Of a stretch of 64,000 nt of DNA, positions 1-9,190 are shown piece after piece. The position numbers and the translations under genes were made by a program. The number at the start of each line of letters is the position of its first letter. The first letter of the stretch is position 1. This DNA comes from a virus: IMG/VR virus record IMGVR_UViG_3300032893_000011, positions 49,741-113,740 of that record; one strand, 5' to 3'. Under the pieces are notes generated by a model that searched no databases, was not told the DNA's origin, and saw only the letters and a list, made by a program, of their open reading frames with translations.

Positions 1-165
1 AACACCGGGGTCACCGAAACCATCACCGACCAGGCTGTCTGGTCGTCAAGCTCGGGGGGCACGTTCTACTGGTCGGTGCAGCTGACCCTGTCCAAGGCGT
101 GGGCGTCCGGCGACACGCTGACGCAGAACACCTGCCAGCTAGCCCTTTCGCCGCTGGCCGCCTAA
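1..165 (+). CDS. C-terminal fragment of a virion structural protein (partial)
   Basis: Frame 1 is open from the window edge (NTGVTETITDQAVWSSSSGGTFYWSVQL...SPLAA*) and resembles small actinophage tail-associated proteins. Confidence 0.6.
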   Translation, partial: NTGVTETITDQAVWSSSSGGTFYWSVQLTLSKAWASGDTLTQNTCQLALSPLAA

Positions 166-206
166 GCCGCGCCCGGGGGCACACGGTGGCTGGCTAGGCT
201 CGGCGC

Positions 207-1739
207 ATGACCACAGCACCGCGCGTGCAGGGCCTCATCGGCGCCCTGCAGGTTTGGCTGGCCGCCCACCCGACATCCCCGGAAGCCCCCGACGTGAAGG
301 CGCTCATCCAGGTGTTGGGGACGCCGGCCACGGTGCCCGCGCCGGTCGCGGGCGCGCCGCTGCACGCCCTGGTCGCCGACCTGGCCGCCGTCCTGGACGC
401 CTGGGAAACCAGCCACCCGCTCACCCCGCCACCCCCTCCTCCCCCACCGCCGCCGCCGGTCCCGGTCGTCACGTCGGTCACCCCCAACACGGGCGTCGAC
501 ACCGGCGGCACGACCGTGTCCGTCGCCGGCAGCGGCTTCACCGGGGCCACCGCGGTCGACTTCGGGACCGCCCCGGCCTCGTTCAGCGTCGTGTCCGACG
601 CCGCGGTGTCGGCGGTGTCGCCCGCCGGGGCGGACGCGGCCGTGGACGTGACGGTGACCACCCCGGGCGGCGTGTCCACGACCAGCGCCGTCGACCGGTT
701 CACCTACACCCCGCCCCCACCCCCGCCGCCCCCGCCGCCGCCCGGGCTGCCGCCGCTGTGGAACGCCGCACCGCCCGCCGGGGTGTGCGCGGCACCGAGC
801 GGCCCCTACGTCGGGGTGCCCGGCGACTGGGCGTACGGCATCCAAACCACAACCGAGGTGTTCGACAACTTCGACGGCCCGGCGGGCTCCGCCATCAACC
901 AGACCCTGTGGCAGCTCGACAGCATCAACCAGGGCGGCAACCAGACCTACGACCCGTCCACCGACCGGGTCTACCTCGACGGCGACTCCAACGTGGTCCT
1001 CAAGGCCACCGGCGTCGGCGGCACCTACAGCAACACCAGCTGCGACCATCCCTACATATCGCAGCCCGGCGACACGTGGGCGAGCATCGCCGCGGCGTGG
1101 GGCACCAGCCCCGCGGTCCTGCGGGAGTACGTCAACCAGGGGATCCTCAACGAGGGGGTCACCACGCCGTTCCCGCCGGGCACCGCCATCACCATCCCCA
1201 ACATCAGCGGCCGGTTCACGTCGCGGCAGCGGTTCAACATGGGGCTCGGCTGGTCCGCGGCGCGGGTCAAGTTCCCCAAGTCCGTCGCCCAGACGTCGGG
1301 CCTGTCGTGGTTCCCCGCGGTGTGGCAGCTCTATGTCGCGTACAACCAGCTGCCGGGCAACTATCTCGAAATAGACATGATGGAGATGTTCGGCGACTCC
1401 ACGAAGTACAACACGCACGTCTACCTGCACAAGAACCCGATGACCACGCTGCAGGACGAGCTGCCGGTGCCCAACGGGGTCAACGCCGGCGACGACTTCC
1501 ACACCTACTGGATGCTGCGCACCGCCGACGAGATCCAGATCGGCGTCGACAGCCTGATCATGGGGGCGTGGACGTCGGCTAACGTGCCGGCCGGGGTGTG
1601 GCCCGACACGCAGCAGAGCGTCTATTGGATCATCAACTTCGCCATGGACCCGGGCTACCTGGCGCACCCGAAAGCCAGCGACTTCCCCGCGTACATGCTC
1701 GTCGATTGGGTGTGGTTCAAACCCCTAGCGCTGCTGTGA
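207..1739 (+). CDS. IPT/TIG + LysM + GH16-like glycoside hydrolase, probably virion-associated
   Basis: IPT signature PVVTSVTP..G...GGTTVSVAGSGFTGATAVDFG; LysM-like YISQPGDTWASIAAAWG...ITIP; GH16 motifs WFPAVW, EIDMME, DDFHTYW and MLVDWV; poly-Pro linkers. Confidence 0.8.
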   Translation: MTTAPRVQGLIGALQVWLAAHPTSPEAPDVKALIQVLGTPATVPAPVAGAPLHALVADLAAVLDAWETSHPLTPPPPPPPPPPPVPVVTSVTPNTGVDTGGTTVSVAGSGFTGATAVDFGTAPASFSVVSDAAVSAVSPAGADAAVDVTVTTPGGVSTTSAVDRFTYTPPPPPPPPPPPGLPPLWNAAPPAGVCAAPSGPYVGVPGDWAYGIQTTTEVFDNFDGPAGSAINQTLWQLDSINQGGNQTYDPSTDRVYLDGDSNVVLKATGVGGTYSNTSCDHPYISQPGDTWASIAAAWGTSPAVLREYVNQGILNEGVTTPFPPGTAITIPNISGRFTSRQRFNMGLGWSAARVKFPKSVAQTSGLSWFPAVWQLYVAYNQLPGNYLEIDMMEMFGDSTKYNTHVYLHKNPMTTLQDELPVPNGVNAGDDFHTYWMLRTADEIQIGVDSLIMGAWTSANVPAGVWPDTQQSVYWIINFAMDPGYLAHPKASDFPAYMLVDWVWFKPLALL

Positions 1740-1746
1740 GGTAACC

Positions 1747-2043
1747 GTGGCCGTCGCCTATAGCGCGGTCGGCGCTGGGGCGCACGGCACCAGCATCAAC
1801 GCCCTCGCCTTCACCCACGCTATCGGCGCCTCCGACAACTGCCTGATGGTGGGGGTCGGCGCCTACTACGGCAGCTCCGGCTACTCGAGCTGGACCCGGT
1901 CCTGCGGCATCACGGCAGCGGCCGTTACCTGCGACTCGGTCGGCGCCGGCATCGCCAACGGCAGCTACACCGGCGGCACGGCCCAGACCTGCAGCCACAC
2001 TGTGGTGCACAGCAGCCAGAGCCTACATAGCGACGGGGGATAG
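1747..2043 (+). CDS. Short paralog or remnant of the N-terminal domain of the downstream fibre-like protein
   Basis: AVAYSAVGAG and AVTCDSVGAG resemble MAVIFDAVGAG at the start of the next gene. Confidence 0.5.
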   Translation: MAVAYSAVGAGAHGTSINALAFTHAIGASDNCLMVGVGAYYGSSGYSSWTRSCGITAAAVTCDSVGAGIANGSYTGGTAQTCSHTVVHSSQSLHSDGG

Positions 2044-2046
2044 CCG

Positions 2047-5000
2047 GTGGCTGTCATTTTCGATGCTGTCGGCGCCGGCAACGATGTTTGGGCGCAAACC
2101 ACGGCGACAACCAACATTTCGTGGGCGCATAACGCGGCGTCCGGGGCGTGTGTTATCGCCGGAATGGCCAGCCGCGACACCACAACTTCATCAGCGGCCA
2201 GCACCGACACCAGCGAGTCCTGCAGCTACAACACCGTGGATATGGGCGCGGCGCTGGGCACGTCGAAGCACAACAACTCGAACACCGGCTACGGAAACAC
2301 CACCCTGTTCGGGATGACCGGAGCGCCCAGCGGCTCCAAGACCGTCGCCGCGTCGGTGACCGACACCAACAATGAGGTGACCGGCCTGGCCGGCTGCTCG
2401 GTGTCTTACCTGGGTGTCGGCTCTATCAGCACGTGCTCCACCAACGGCGGCTCGGGCACGACGGCGTCGATTTCGGTGACCGCCCCGGCTGGGGCGATGA
2501 TCGTTGTGGCGTTCGGCGCCCCCAACGGCAGCTTTTCCGCGTTTAACGGCTCAACACGGTACAACCACGCCTCGGCCGGCGGCACCGACGCCGGTTTCAT
2601 GATCGGCGACGTCGCGGCCACCGGTTCGGCGCAAACAATCTCCGCGACAGTCACTAGCGGGTTCTGGTCGGCCATCGCCGTTATTCTGCTGCCGACCATC
2701 CCCGGCGCTGTTTTGAGCCGCGGCACGTCGGTTTCCGGCCCGACCGGCTCCACCTGGACATATACGGGCGGGGCGGCCACCTCCGCCAATGCTTACGACG
2801 GCACTTTCGGCCTGTACCCGGTCACTTACTGCGTGTTCACAACTTCAACCGCCAATGCTGTCGGCACCATCACGCCGGGCGGGTATTTCGGCGCGGCGTC
2901 GGTGCCCACCGACGCCTCTATCACGATCAACGCGGTCTTGCGGGGATATGTCAACACCGTGGCGCGTTGGGCGAGCATCACCGCGCAGTTGTTGGACAGC
3001 GGCGGCTCGGCTATCGGGGCGGCGCAGACGATCACCCTGACCACGGCTGTATCGACGGTCGCGTTCACGCCTAACGTGGCGCCGACGCCGGCGCAGATCA
3101 ACGCTGGGTTGCAGATGCTCGTCACCGCAACTCACGACGGCACGTCGTCGAGCGGCATTTTCCGCCTCGACAACGTCGACATCACGATTTCTTACACGCG
3201 CACGCCCGCCGACGCCGCCCAAACCGTCACAGCCACAGGCGCAGCCACCATCGCCCACAACGCGCCCGTCGACGCCGCCGCAGCCGCCGTCGCATCCCCC
3301 ACGGCCGCCCAGACCGCAGCCCTGCTCGCCAACGCCACCCAGACCGCGACGGCCACGACCGCCGCCACCCTGGTCGGTGCACTGCAAGCGAATGCGGCGC
3401 TGACCGCCACCGCCGCCGCGGCGGCGACCGCTACCCGCGCCGCCGTCTGCGATGCCGCGCAAACCGTCACCGCCGCGCCGACAACAACCCTGACCGCAGC
3501 GCTGTCCGCCAACGCGGCCCAGGCGGCCATCGCCACATCCGCCGCCACCGCGACCCGCGCCGCCGTCTGCGACGCAGCCCAGACGGGCATTGCAACCAGC
3601 GCAGCCACCCTGGCCGCGGCACTGCAAACCAACGCCGCCCAGACGGCCACCGCCGCACCGACCGCGACCCTGACGGCCGCGCTGTCGGCGAACGCGACCC
3701 AGACCGTCGCCGCCAGCCCGGCGGCGCTCGCTGCCGCGGCGCTGCTCTCCAATGCCGCCCAGACGGTGACCGCGGCAGCGGCCGCCGCCGCGACCGCAGC
3801 GCTGCAGGCCAATACGGCGCAGACCGTCACCGCGACCGGGTCGGCTTCGTTAACGGCAGCGCTGCTCGCCAACGGCGCCCAGGCGGTCACGGCAACACCG
3901 GCGGCAACGCTCACCGGGGCGCTTCTGGCCAACGCCGCGCAGGCGGTGACGGCCGCCCCGGCTGCGACCGTCGCGCACAACACGCCAGTCGACGCCGCCG
4001 CAAGCATCGTCGGGTCCGCAGCAGCCACCCTCACCGGGGCGCTTCTGGCCGACGCCGCCCAGGCGGCCACAGCCACCGCGGTAGCCGCCGCCACCAGGGC
4101 GGCGGTCTGCGACGCAACCCAGGCAGTCGTGGCGGCCGCGGCGGCGAGCGCCAACACGGCACTCAACGCAAACGCCGCCCAGACGGCCACGGCAACCGCC
4201 AGTGCCAGCCTGACCGCGGCGCTGCTGGCCAATACGGCGCAGACCGGGATGGCAGCGCCAACCGCCACCCTGGCCGCGGCGCTGTTGAGCAACGCTGCCC
4301 AGACGGCCTCGGCAACCGCGACAGCGACAGCGACCGCCGCGCTGCAGGCCAACGCCGCGCAGGCGGTGACGGCCGCCCCGGCTGCGACCCTGACCGGGGC
4401 CCTGCTCGCCAATGCGGCGCAAACCGCGACGGCCGCGAGTGCCGCCACCCTGGCCGCCGTACTCCTGGGCAACGCCGCACAGGCGGTGACCGCGACCCCA
4501 ACCGCGACCGCGGCCCACAACGCGACCGCCGACACCGCCCAGACCGTCACCGCCACCGGGTTGGCCTCATTGACCGCGGCACTGAAAGCCGACGCCGCCC
4601 AAACCATCACCGCCACCGCCGCGGCCGCCGCCGCCGGAGGCGCCGACGCACCGCAAACCGTTAACGCCACCGCCGCCGCCACCCTGACAGCAGCGCTACT
4701 CGCCAACGCGACACAGACCGTGACCGCAACCGCGGCGACCACCGCCACCCGGGCAGCTGTCTGCGACGCCGCGCAGAGCATCACCGCCGCGCCATCGGCG
4801 AGCGCCACCAGGGCCGCAATATGCGACGCTGCGGCGGCAGTGACAGGCAGCGCCTCGGCAGCACTGACCGCAGCACTGCAAGCCAACGCGGCACAAACGG
4901 GCATAGCCGCTGCGGCTGCCACCCTCGCGCACAACGCTCAACCCGCCGCCGCGCAGACCGTCGCAGCAACCCCGGCCGCAACCCTGACGGCAGGCCTGCT

Positions 5001-6450
5001 GGCCAACACAACCCAGACCATCACAGCCACCGCGGCTGCCAGCGCCACGCGCGCCGCCGTCTGCGACGCAACCCAGGGCATCACAGCGACAGGAGCGGCG
5101 TCGGCGCAGGCCGCGCTGCACGTCGACGCCACGCAAACCGTCAACGCCACCGCGGCTGCCAGCGCCACACGCGCCGCCGTCTGCGCCGACGCCCAGGCGC
5201 TCACTGCCGCCCCAATCGCCGCGCTGGGTGCGGCGCTACTGGCCAACGCCGCGCAGACCGCGGCCGTCGCCCCATCTGCGAGCGTCACCTACGGCGCCCT
5301 GGCCTCCGCCGCGCAAACCGCGACGGCCGCACCCGCCGCCACCGTCAACAAGGCAGCCGCCGCAGACGCCGCCCAAACCGTCAACGCGACAGCCTCGGCG
5401 GCCCTGACCGCGGCCCTGAAAGTCGACGCAGCCCAGAGCATCACTGCGTCCGCCTCGGCCAGCTCGGCGACCGGCCCGCAGGCCACCCAAACCATCGTCG
5501 CGACCCCCTCCGCGAGCCTGACCGCCAACCTGGCGTTGGCCGCCAACCAAACAGTTGGCGCCACCCCGACCGCCGGACTCGCACACAACGCCCCCGCCGA
5601 CGCGGCGCAGGCGCTCACCGCGACCGCGACGGCCACCGCCACCCGATCCGCCACCGCAGACGCCGCCCAAACCGTCAACGCCACCCCGACGGCGAGGGTC
5701 ACCGCGGGCCTGAGGGCCGACGCCAGCCTGACGGTCACCGCCACCACAACAGCTGCCGCCACGACCGGGCCGATGGCAACCCAGGCCGTCACCGCCACCG
5801 CCGCCGCCACCCTGTCCGCAGGGCTGAGAGTCGACGCGACCCAAACCCTCACAGCGACGGGTACAGCGTCGGCGACGCGCGGCGCGCCGCTGGACACCGC
5901 CCTCACCGCCACCGCAACCCCCGCAGCCGCCGCCAGGCTCGATGCCCGAACCGACGCCACCGCAACCGTCAACGCCTCGATAGCGGGAGTGCTCGCCCAG
6001 GGGTTCCACCCCCACCCAACCGACCACGTCGCCATCACCGACGTCTACTACACCTCCGGGGCCGCCACCCCGGCCGACGCCGTCGCGCTCACCGACATCG
6101 CCACCTTCCAACTCGCCCACCGCGTCGCCGCCGCCGACCCCGAAAACCTCATCGACAAGCTCGCGACCCGCCTCGACGCGCAACGCCCCCACACCGACCC
6201 CTTGGCCCTGTCCGACACCGTCGTCGTCAGGCTCTACGGCGGGCCCGCGGTGCTGCACCCCCAGCAGGCCCGGCCCGTGCCCGGCGAACCCAAGCTGCGC
6301 GCACCCGCCCGCGCGCCGCAGCTGTTGACCGTAGCCGCCGAACCCGACCTGCGAGTGCGCCCCAACAGCGAAAAGCTCACCGCCCCCGCCCGGCGCGGCA
6401 CGCTGACCGTGGCGGGGCGCAGCCGGCTGCGCGTCCCCGCCCGCACCTGA
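2047..6450 (+). CDS. Large Ala/Thr-rich repetitive virion (fibre or minor tail) protein
   Basis: 1467 aa; beta-rich N-terminus followed by many approximately 20-aa repeats of consensus NAAQTVTAxxAATLTAALLA. Confidence 0.75.
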   Translation: MAVIFDAVGAGNDVWAQTTATTNISWAHNAASGACVIAGMASRDTTTSSAASTDTSESCSYNTVDMGAALGTSKHNNSNTGYGNTTLFGMTGAPSGSKTVAASVTDTNNEVTGLAGCSVSYLGVGSISTCSTNGGSGTTASISVTAPAGAMIVVAFGAPNGSFSAFNGSTRYNHASAGGTDAGFMIGDVAATGSAQTISATVTSGFWSAIAVILLPTIPGAVLSRGTSVSGPTGSTWTYTGGAATSANAYDGTFGLYPVTYCVFTTSTANAVGTITPGGYFGAASVPTDASITINAVLRGYVNTVARWASITAQLLDSGGSAIGAAQTITLTTAVSTVAFTPNVAPTPAQINAGLQMLVTATHDGTSSSGIFRLDNVDITISYTRTPADAAQTVTATGAATIAHNAPVDAAAAAVASPTAAQTAALLANATQTATATTAATLVGALQANAALTATAAAAATATRAAVCDAAQTVTAAPTTTLTAALSANAAQAAIATSAATATRAAVCDAAQTGIATSAATLAAALQTNAAQTATAAPTATLTAALSANATQTVAASPAALAAAALLSNAAQTVTAAAAAAATAALQANTAQTVTATGSASLTAALLANGAQAVTATPAATLTGALLANAAQAVTAAPAATVAHNTPVDAAASIVGSAAATLTGALLADAAQAATATAVAAATRAAVCDATQAVVAAAAASANTALNANAAQTATATASASLTAALLANTAQTGMAAPTATLAAALLSNAAQTASATATATATAALQANAAQAVTAAPAATLTGALLANAAQTATAASAATLAAVLLGNAAQAVTATPTATAAHNATADTAQTVTATGLASLTAALKADAAQTITATAAAAAAGGADAPQTVNATAAATLTAALLANATQTVTATAATTATRAAVCDAAQSITAAPSASATRAAICDAAAAVTGSASAALTAALQANAAQTGIAAAAATLAHNAQPAAAQTVAATPAATLTAGLLANTTQTITATAAASATRAAVCDATQGITATGAASAQAALHVDATQTVNATAAASATRAAVCADAQALTAAPIAALGAALLANAAQTAAVAPSASVTYGALASAAQTATAAPAATVNKAAAADAAQTVNATASAALTAALKVDAAQSITASASASSATGPQATQTIVATPSASLTANLALAANQTVGATPTAGLAHNAPADAAQALTATATATATRSATADAAQTVNATPTARVTAGLRADASLTVTATTTAAATTGPMATQAVTATAAATLSAGLRVDATQTLTATGTASATRGAPLDTALTATATPAAAARLDARTDATATVNASIAGVLAQGFHPHPTDHVAITDVYYTSGAATPADAVALTDIATFQLAHRVAAADPENLIDKLATRLDAQRPHTDPLALSDTVVVRLYGGPAVLHPQQARPVPGEPKLRAPARAPQLLTVAAEPDLRVRPNSEKLTAPARRGTLTVAGRSRLRVPART
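3190..5990 (+). repeat. Degenerate 60-nt coding tandem repeat
   Basis: A 43-nt exact match at 3927-3969 and 4347-4389 is offset by 420 nt (7 x 60). Confidence 0.8.
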
Positions 6451-6469
6451 GCCGACTACCGTCAAGCCC

Positions 6470-7255
6470 GTGGGACTCCAATGGCCCGTAGATTTGTTCT
6501 GCCTACCGCCGCTGTCGTCGGCCGACGACGAAGGCGCCGCCAACCAGAACGCGGCGATCAACCTGGCGATCACCACCATGTGGGCCCTGTCCGGGCGCCA
6601 GTACGGGCTCGTCGACCAGATCGTGCGGCCCTGCATCCAGACCATGCCGTGGTGGTCGCGGCGCAGCAGCTACGGCTACTCCGGCGACTACGCCGCCGTC
6701 ACCAGCTACCTACTGTCCTGGGAGGGAGACCGCTGGGTCAACTGGTGGTGCGGCTGCGGCTCCATGTGCCGCCTGTCGGGGCCCGGCGCGGTGCACCTAC
6801 CCGGCCCGGCACGCGAGGTCATCGCCGTCACCATCGGCGACACCATCCTCGACGCCGACCAGTACACCCTGGAAGGGGACATGCTGTACCGGGTCCGCGG
6901 AGCCGCCGACGTCGCCCACGGCCCCGAGAGCCGCGGCCACCACTGGCCCCGCCAGGACCTGTCGCGGCCCATGGGCCACCACAACACGTGGTCGGTGGAG
7001 TACCTGTGCGGCAACCCCGTCCCGCCGGAGCTGGCGCATTTGACCGGGGTGCTGGCCAAGGAGTTCCTGGCCGCCTGCCAGGGCGACAAGTGCCGCCTGC
7101 CCCGCAACGTCACCAACGTGAACCGTGCGGGCGTGTCCTACCAGATCGACACCACCCGCATCCTGGAGGCAGGCAAGACGGGGATAGCCGAGATCGACCT
7201 GTGGCTGGCGGCGGTCAACCCCGCCAAGCTGCAATGCGCACCGTCGGTAATCTAA
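6470..7255 (+). CDS. Head-to-tail adaptor-like protein
   Basis: MWALSGRQYG...VRPC and C-terminal LAKEFLAAC..CRLP..V..VNRAGVS...TGIAEIDLWL..VNP are typical of Cluster B-like actinophage adaptors; position fits. Confidence 0.7.
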   Translation: MGLQWPVDLFCLPPLSSADDEGAANQNAAINLAITTMWALSGRQYGLVDQIVRPCIQTMPWWSRRSSYGYSGDYAAVTSYLLSWEGDRWVNWWCGCGSMCRLSGPGAVHLPGPAREVIAVTIGDTILDADQYTLEGDMLYRVRGAADVAHGPESRGHHWPRQDLSRPMGHHNTWSVEYLCGNPVPPELAHLTGVLAKEFLAACQGDKCRLPRNVTNVNRAGVSYQIDTTRILEAGKTGIAEIDLWLAAVNPAKLQCAPSVI

Positions 7256-7786
7256 ATGTCGTCGCCCGCCCCCACCGATCCCGCCATCGAGGCGGTCTCC
7301 ATCGTGATGGGCACCCTGGCCGACGCGTTCGACCCGAACGGCCCCTGGCCCCCGGTGCAGGGCTCCACCGACGTGCACTTCTTCGCCGGGGAGGGGCCCG
7401 CCACCGCGGCGTGGGACGCGCACACGACCCAACCCGGCTGCGACGCCCCGTTCCTGTGGGTGCGGGTCGCGCAGCGCTACCGCACCAAGCGCATCCCCGC
7501 GCCCGTCGTCGACCCCGCCAACTGCCAGCTGCCGCGGGCGATCACCGTGGAGGTGGGGGTGGCGCGCTGCGCGGTCGTCGACGTCGACGCCACCTGGGAC
7601 GACTACGCCGCAGAGGCCGCCACCAGCCTCGACGACTCGTGGCGCATCGAGGCGGCGCTGTGCGCGGCGCGGGGCCGGCTGCTCACCGACTCCTACCTGG
7701 CGGCCACCCACCCGGTCAGCCCGTACGGCCCGGAGGGCGGGTTGTTAGCCTGGAGCGGGATGATCGACATACAGATCGGAGACTGA
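7256..7786 (+). CDS. Head-tail connector / tail completion protein
   Basis: EVGVARC and YGPEGG..AW motifs; follows the adaptor gene. Confidence 0.6.
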   Translation: MSSPAPTDPAIEAVSIVMGTLADAFDPNGPWPPVQGSTDVHFFAGEGPATAAWDAHTTQPGCDAPFLWVRVAQRYRTKRIPAPVVDPANCQLPRAITVEVGVARCAVVDVDATWDDYAAEAATSLDDSWRIEAALCAARGRLLTDSYLAATHPVSPYGPEGGLLAWSGMIDIQIGD

Positions 7787-7790
7787 CGCG

Positions 7791-8060
7791 ATGAGGCTGG
7801 TCACCGTGCGCGGCAGCATCAACCCCTGCGTCGATTTGGCCACCGGCGATGAGATGACCTTCGAGTACAACGAGTGGGTCGACCGAAGAATCCAGCTTGG
7901 CTACTTCGATGTCGTCGAATGGTACGGCGACGAAGACACGCCACTGCCCCCGGAGGAGCCGCAACGCGAGCAGTCCATCGAGGACGACATCACACCGTGG
8001 CCCGTCCCGGTGGCCGAGCCGGCGCCCAAACGCCGCCGCGCCGCCAAAACCGGAGACTGA
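7791..8060 (+). CDS. Small hypothetical virion-region protein
   Basis: ORF with GGAG RBS; GSINPC motif shared with the next gene. Confidence 0.6.
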   Translation: MRLVTVRGSINPCVDLATGDEMTFEYNEWVDRRIQLGYFDVVEWYGDEDTPLPPEEPQREQSIEDDITPWPVPVAEPAPKRRRAAKTGD

Positions 8061-8061
8061 C

Positions 8062-8229
8062 ATGGCCGAGATCGCGCTCATCGAGGGCAGCATCAACCCC
8101 TGCACCGACTTCGAGACCGGGCGGCAATACGTCGTGCCCTACACCGAGCACATCGCCCGCCTCGCCAAACGCGGCTACATCAACATCCTGGCCCGCCAAC
8201 CCATACCGCTAAGCGGACACGTCGACTGA
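8062..8229 (+). CDS. Small hypothetical protein, paralog of 7791-8060
   Basis: MAEIALIEGSINPCTDFETG versus MRLVTVRGSINPCVDLATG. Confidence 0.6.
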   Translation: MAEIALIEGSINPCTDFETGRQYVVPYTEHIARLAKRGYINILARQPIPLSGHVD

Positions 8230-8238
8230 GAACACGAC

Positions 8239-8679
8239 ATGACCAAAGGGATCGTCACCTACACCATCCACATCGACCGGCCCGCAGTGGAGGCCGAGTT
8301 CATCAAGGTCGCCACCAGCCGCGTCGACCACGTCACCGGCGAGATCGCGAAGACCGCGAAGCTGCTGGCACCGTTCCGCACCGGCCGGCTCAAGGCGCGG
8401 ATCGGCGCGACGCACGCCAAGCGCACCGGGCCGTGGCGGGTGCAGGGCGAGGCGGTGTCGCGTGCGAAATACTCCGCGTACGTCCACGACGGCACCCGAC
8501 CCCACATCATCCGGGCCCGGCGCGCCGCCGCGCTGCACTTCTTCTGGCCCAAGGTCGGGCGCGAAGTTTTCTTCCGGCACGTGCACCACCCCGGGACCCG
8601 GCCGAGGCCGTTCATGCTTGAGGCGGCCGAGGAAGTCGCAAGAATACAGCGCGCCAAAGAAGCGCTGTACCATCCCTAA
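8239..8679 (+). CDS. HK97 gp10-like neck protein
   Basis: AKLLAPFRTGRLK...YSAYVHDGTRPH...VHHPGTRPRPFM. Confidence 0.75.
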   Translation: MTKGIVTYTIHIDRPAVEAEFIKVATSRVDHVTGEIAKTAKLLAPFRTGRLKARIGATHAKRTGPWRVQGEAVSRAKYSAYVHDGTRPHIIRARRAAALHFFWPKVGREVFFRHVHHPGTRPRPFMLEAAEEVARIQRAKEALYHP

Positions 8680-8693
8680 AAGGACGCAGCGAG

Positions 8694-9161
8694 ATGAAGG
8701 ACCAGCCCGAACCCATCGAGGTGCTCGACGCCGAACCCGAGGACCCGCCCGCGCCCGCGCCCGCTGCGAAGCCCGGGAAAGCGGCGGTGCTGCTGTCCAA
8801 CATCGAGGGGTGGGAAGACCCCGGCACCGACGGACGCTACGACGTGTGCGTCGAATTCTTCGGCGACAAACTGAGGCTACGTAAACCCAAATCGCAGTCG
8901 TTGAACGCGCTGAGCTGGGCGAGCCTGCCCGGGGTGGACCCAATGACCACCAACCGGGTCACCGGGAACTTCGTGAAACGCCACATGTCCCCCGAATCGT
9001 GGGAACGGCTGTTCGCCGACCGGCTCGTCGACCCCGACGACCCCGACTGCGACGAGGAAACCATCGGGAAACTGATCACCGAACTGTGCGACCTGGCGGT
9101 GCGGGAACTCAACGAGAAACCCGCCAACCGGGCCGAGCGCCGTCACCCGACCGGTCCGTGA
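8694..9161 (+). CDS. Tail assembly chaperone
   Basis: Acidic 155-aa protein immediately upstream of the tape measure gene; RLVDPDDP motif. Confidence 0.6.
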   Translation: MKDQPEPIEVLDAEPEDPPAPAPAAKPGKAAVLLSNIEGWEDPGTDGRYDVCVEFFGDKLRLRKPKSQSLNALSWASLPGVDPMTTNRVTGNFVKRHMSPESWERLFADRLVDPDDPDCDEETIGKLITELCDLAVRELNEKPANRAERRHPTGP

Positions 9162-9190
9162 CCCGGCACCCGCAGCGATAATCTGAGCCG

